Assembly: GCA_977030845.1 (NCBI GenBank)
Contig: OZ365114.1
Location: 23,622,001-23,686,000 of the forward strand
DNA from: Fimbriosthenelais zetlandica
Taxonomy: Eukaryota
Direction: 5' to 3'
DNA length: 64,000 nt
Below the pieces are notes generated by a model. The model was not told the DNA's origin, made no database searches, and was given only the letters and a program-made list of their open reading frames with translations. This document shows positions 61,319 to 64,000 of this stretch, one piece after another; positions within the stretch are counted from its first letter, which is position 1, and every line of letters begins with the position of its first letter. The position numbers were made by a program, and so were the translations under genes.

Positions 61319-62436
61319 TATATTCTTGGAAATATCGGGAAGCTTCGTCCTGATCCAGAGAATACCTCTAGAGATGATGGGTACCCTCTAGGTCATTAAC
61401 CTTGGAAAAAAGAACAAACACCCCACAAAAAAACAAGTAATGTGAGACAAAATGAAAAAACAGCAGTGTTTGAAAATGATGAATTGTTATTGACTGCTCT
61501 AAGTGTGGGGAAGATCAAAGCCAACTGGCCTTCCTGAGCCCTGAGAAAAAACTCCACCATGTACTTACTTGTTGTTATGGTGTTGAAAGTGTATGTACAC
61601 GGTCTAAAAAAGTGTCTAAAATTTGCTTAAAACCCTTAGAAAATCAGATGAAAGCAAAAATCAATGTGAAGCTCGGTAAAACTTGTTATTTACCTAAATA
61701 CATCATAGTCTATTATAATCATCGTCTCTTATTAGATTCCTACAAGTTTTTGCCATGGTTTGTATGTTCACAAGAAAAAATCTTCTCGCTCATTATGTAT
61801 ACTAGAGGGACTAAGCCAGGTTTCAGTAAATCACTATTGCCACAGCTGATATCGTTTGTACTGGGATGACAGTGTGAATCAAGTCCACAGCCGTTGATAT
61901 TTATGGGTCTAGCAGCTGAGACATTGGGGGATTTAACTCGTCAGAAATGTCACTAAAAAAGACTCACACGCAAAACCTAACGAACATGAAATATCCACGA
62001 AGGAAGGTTTTAAAAAATAAACTATGAAATAAAGAGGGCATAAAAAAAAACATTTTTATAGTTTTCATATACAGATTGTTATTTCAGAGGCCTACAATTA
62101 TTTCTCAGTTTTCCCTAGGCTAATATGGTACAAATCTTTTCAACCCCGGGTCCCAGGGGTGGTTAAACCATTCCTAGAAAATCTTCCAGATGGAGATAAA
62201 CAGTACACCCTACTGGGCCACGAGCCACACTTCTTTTTAGGTCATTTCCTTGTTACCATGCACATGTCAGGGGGTTTCTTTGTGCTCGGGCAGACCTGGC
62301 AATGACCTAGTGAGGAGCTCTGGGAACATCCCCTACCCATCAATCATTGTGAAGGACACGCCCTCCCATCATGACACCCCTCCCTCTCTCTGCCCCCGCC
62401 TTGGTCGATACGGTGGCAGTCACCACCCACCGTCCA

Positions 62437-62448
62437 GGTCACGTGACC
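62437..62448. promoter_or_regulatory. Perfect 12 bp palindromic E-box (GGTCACGTGACC; CLEAR/USF type)
   Basis: Seen directly, inside a GC-richer patch ~1.1 kb upstream of the alternative CAP start exon. Confidence 0.4.
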
Positions 62449-64000
62449 GGGAGTGATCACAGAGATGTGACAGATGATCTGACAGAGTGTGACACGTCCC
62501 AGAGACGAGAACATGGTGTGCCTCGCGTGGACACTTAGTAAACAAATGGTGAGTCTAAAGTTACACCAGCACGTGGCTGGCACTTCCTTATAAAGCAATG
62601 ATCTACACTCCACGGAAATCATCCACAGGGGGTCGAGATGGGAGGGTGGAGGTTGGAGGCAGACAAGGAAAATATAGACGAAAGACAGAGAAAAGTTCAC
62701 ATTGTCAAGACAAATAAATAAATGACCCATTGAAAATGATTCTATTTTTATATGAAAAGAAATTTATAAACCTTAATAAGAATTGCTATAAATTAAAACC
62801 GAAATTAAAAATAATGAAAGGAAAAGATGGAGAAAATAAGGAATTCCTCCTTCACCTCTCTACAAAAGTCAGGAGGTCAAATTGGCCAGAAGTCAAATGC
62901 CAACAACCAGCATAAGTAATGTACCACACATTCATGGCACTTTGAAAAAGGGAGAAAAGGAGAGGGTAAAATTATGATCATTCCCCGTCCATCCATTCCT
63001 TTCTAACCAGATGGCCACGGTTTGACCAGCTGCCAAAAGAGTGCATATATACATGTATGTAAAGTTGGCAGAGCAGTCATTGTTGACTGCGAGCCAGACT
63101 CACAAGGGTTGAGTGGGGGCGGCATGTGTGTGTACTCAGTGGAAAAAGGGAACTGCTCCCTGCTCACACCCTCCCCATCCCCCTGCAGCCTCCCACCCAC
63201 CAATCCTCCTCCACCTCCGCCTGCTCCAGCCTCCCATCCTGGGTCGTCCCTGACCCAGATAACACCTCCTCCAGGCAGGCAGCAGTGGAGAACACCTGGG
63301 TCAGCCTATCACTAAACATCTTCTGCTCAGGACAAAGTATCTAAAAGAAATATTTAAAGGGCTGTCGGAGAGATGGGCCAGAAATTATTGGGACAACAGA
63401 GGTGGGCGATGTGTGTGCCGGCCAAAACTTGCAGCATCAAGATCATTCGGTTACCTTAGCTCCCAGGGCAGGAGCTATATCGGTAGCATATCTATAATGT
63501 CAACTTCAATTCACACAGGAGATCTTTTACCATTCTAGGTTCCACTAATGGCTTGTTTTTTTAGAAAGAGTTGGAGCATGGTTTCTTGCCAAAGCTTCCT
63601 ATATTTCATATAGAAATCATCCATCTTCATGAAATGATAGTCTGGTAGGAATCCTCAGACAAATTAACAGCGTGTTAATAAAGGTAATACACACTATATC
63701 TCTGATACACTGTTTGAAGTTTATACTTCGGGATCTCAACAAGTCTGAAAAGATCCAACCAGTGGAAAAAAACAGAGAAGATAGCACCCAGGGATCTTTT
63801 ATTGCATCTAAAACTGAAACAGCTTAAGTTCCAGTCCAAAAAACAGGAAGCTCCCCGACACAAATCCTTCAGAGGAGCTGCTCGAAGGTTGAACAGAAAA
63901 AAAAGAAAATAAATGACCACAAGTGAATAATTGATTGCCTTCTTGACATCCATCTCTCCTGGGGTAGACTAGGTTTTCATGTATCACTGCTGTGTTCCTT

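Noticed and set aside
63140-63330. Candidate CAP N-terminal exon (MFSDRLTQVF...GRLEQAEVEE)
   Set aside because: It has no phase-1 donor to join the next exon and only superficial similarity to the RLE motif.

Overview
This is animal genomic DNA with GT-AG introns. It is probably from a marine invertebrate, but that is an inference. Most ORFs in the supplied track are spurious, and the real genes were rebuilt from splice sites and phase-consistent translation. (1) An EPSTI1-like gene (minus, 241-1659, 7 exons) needs one GC-AG intron. (2) An HACD1/2-type 3-hydroxyacyl-CoA dehydratase (minus, 4378-5990, 7 exons) sits head-to-head with (3) FAF2/UBXD8 (plus, 6109-10025, 13 exons), with only 118 bp between the two ATGs. 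(4) A spliced four-exon plus-strand transcript (~11.5-14.6 kb) has no convincing ORF but carries two paralogous stem-loops with compensatory base changes. This is the best candidate for an undescribed RNA system. (5) A boundary zone (15.2-16.7 kb) holds a decayed, compact convergent gene pair, three tandem tRNA-like Pol III units and CTCF-like motifs. (6) An adenylyl cyclase-associated protein (CAP) gene (minus, 18988 to at least 61318) has a ~29.9 kb and a ~8 kb intron containing mini- and microsatellites. No database searches or folding programs could be run, so family calls rest on remembered sequence motifs.
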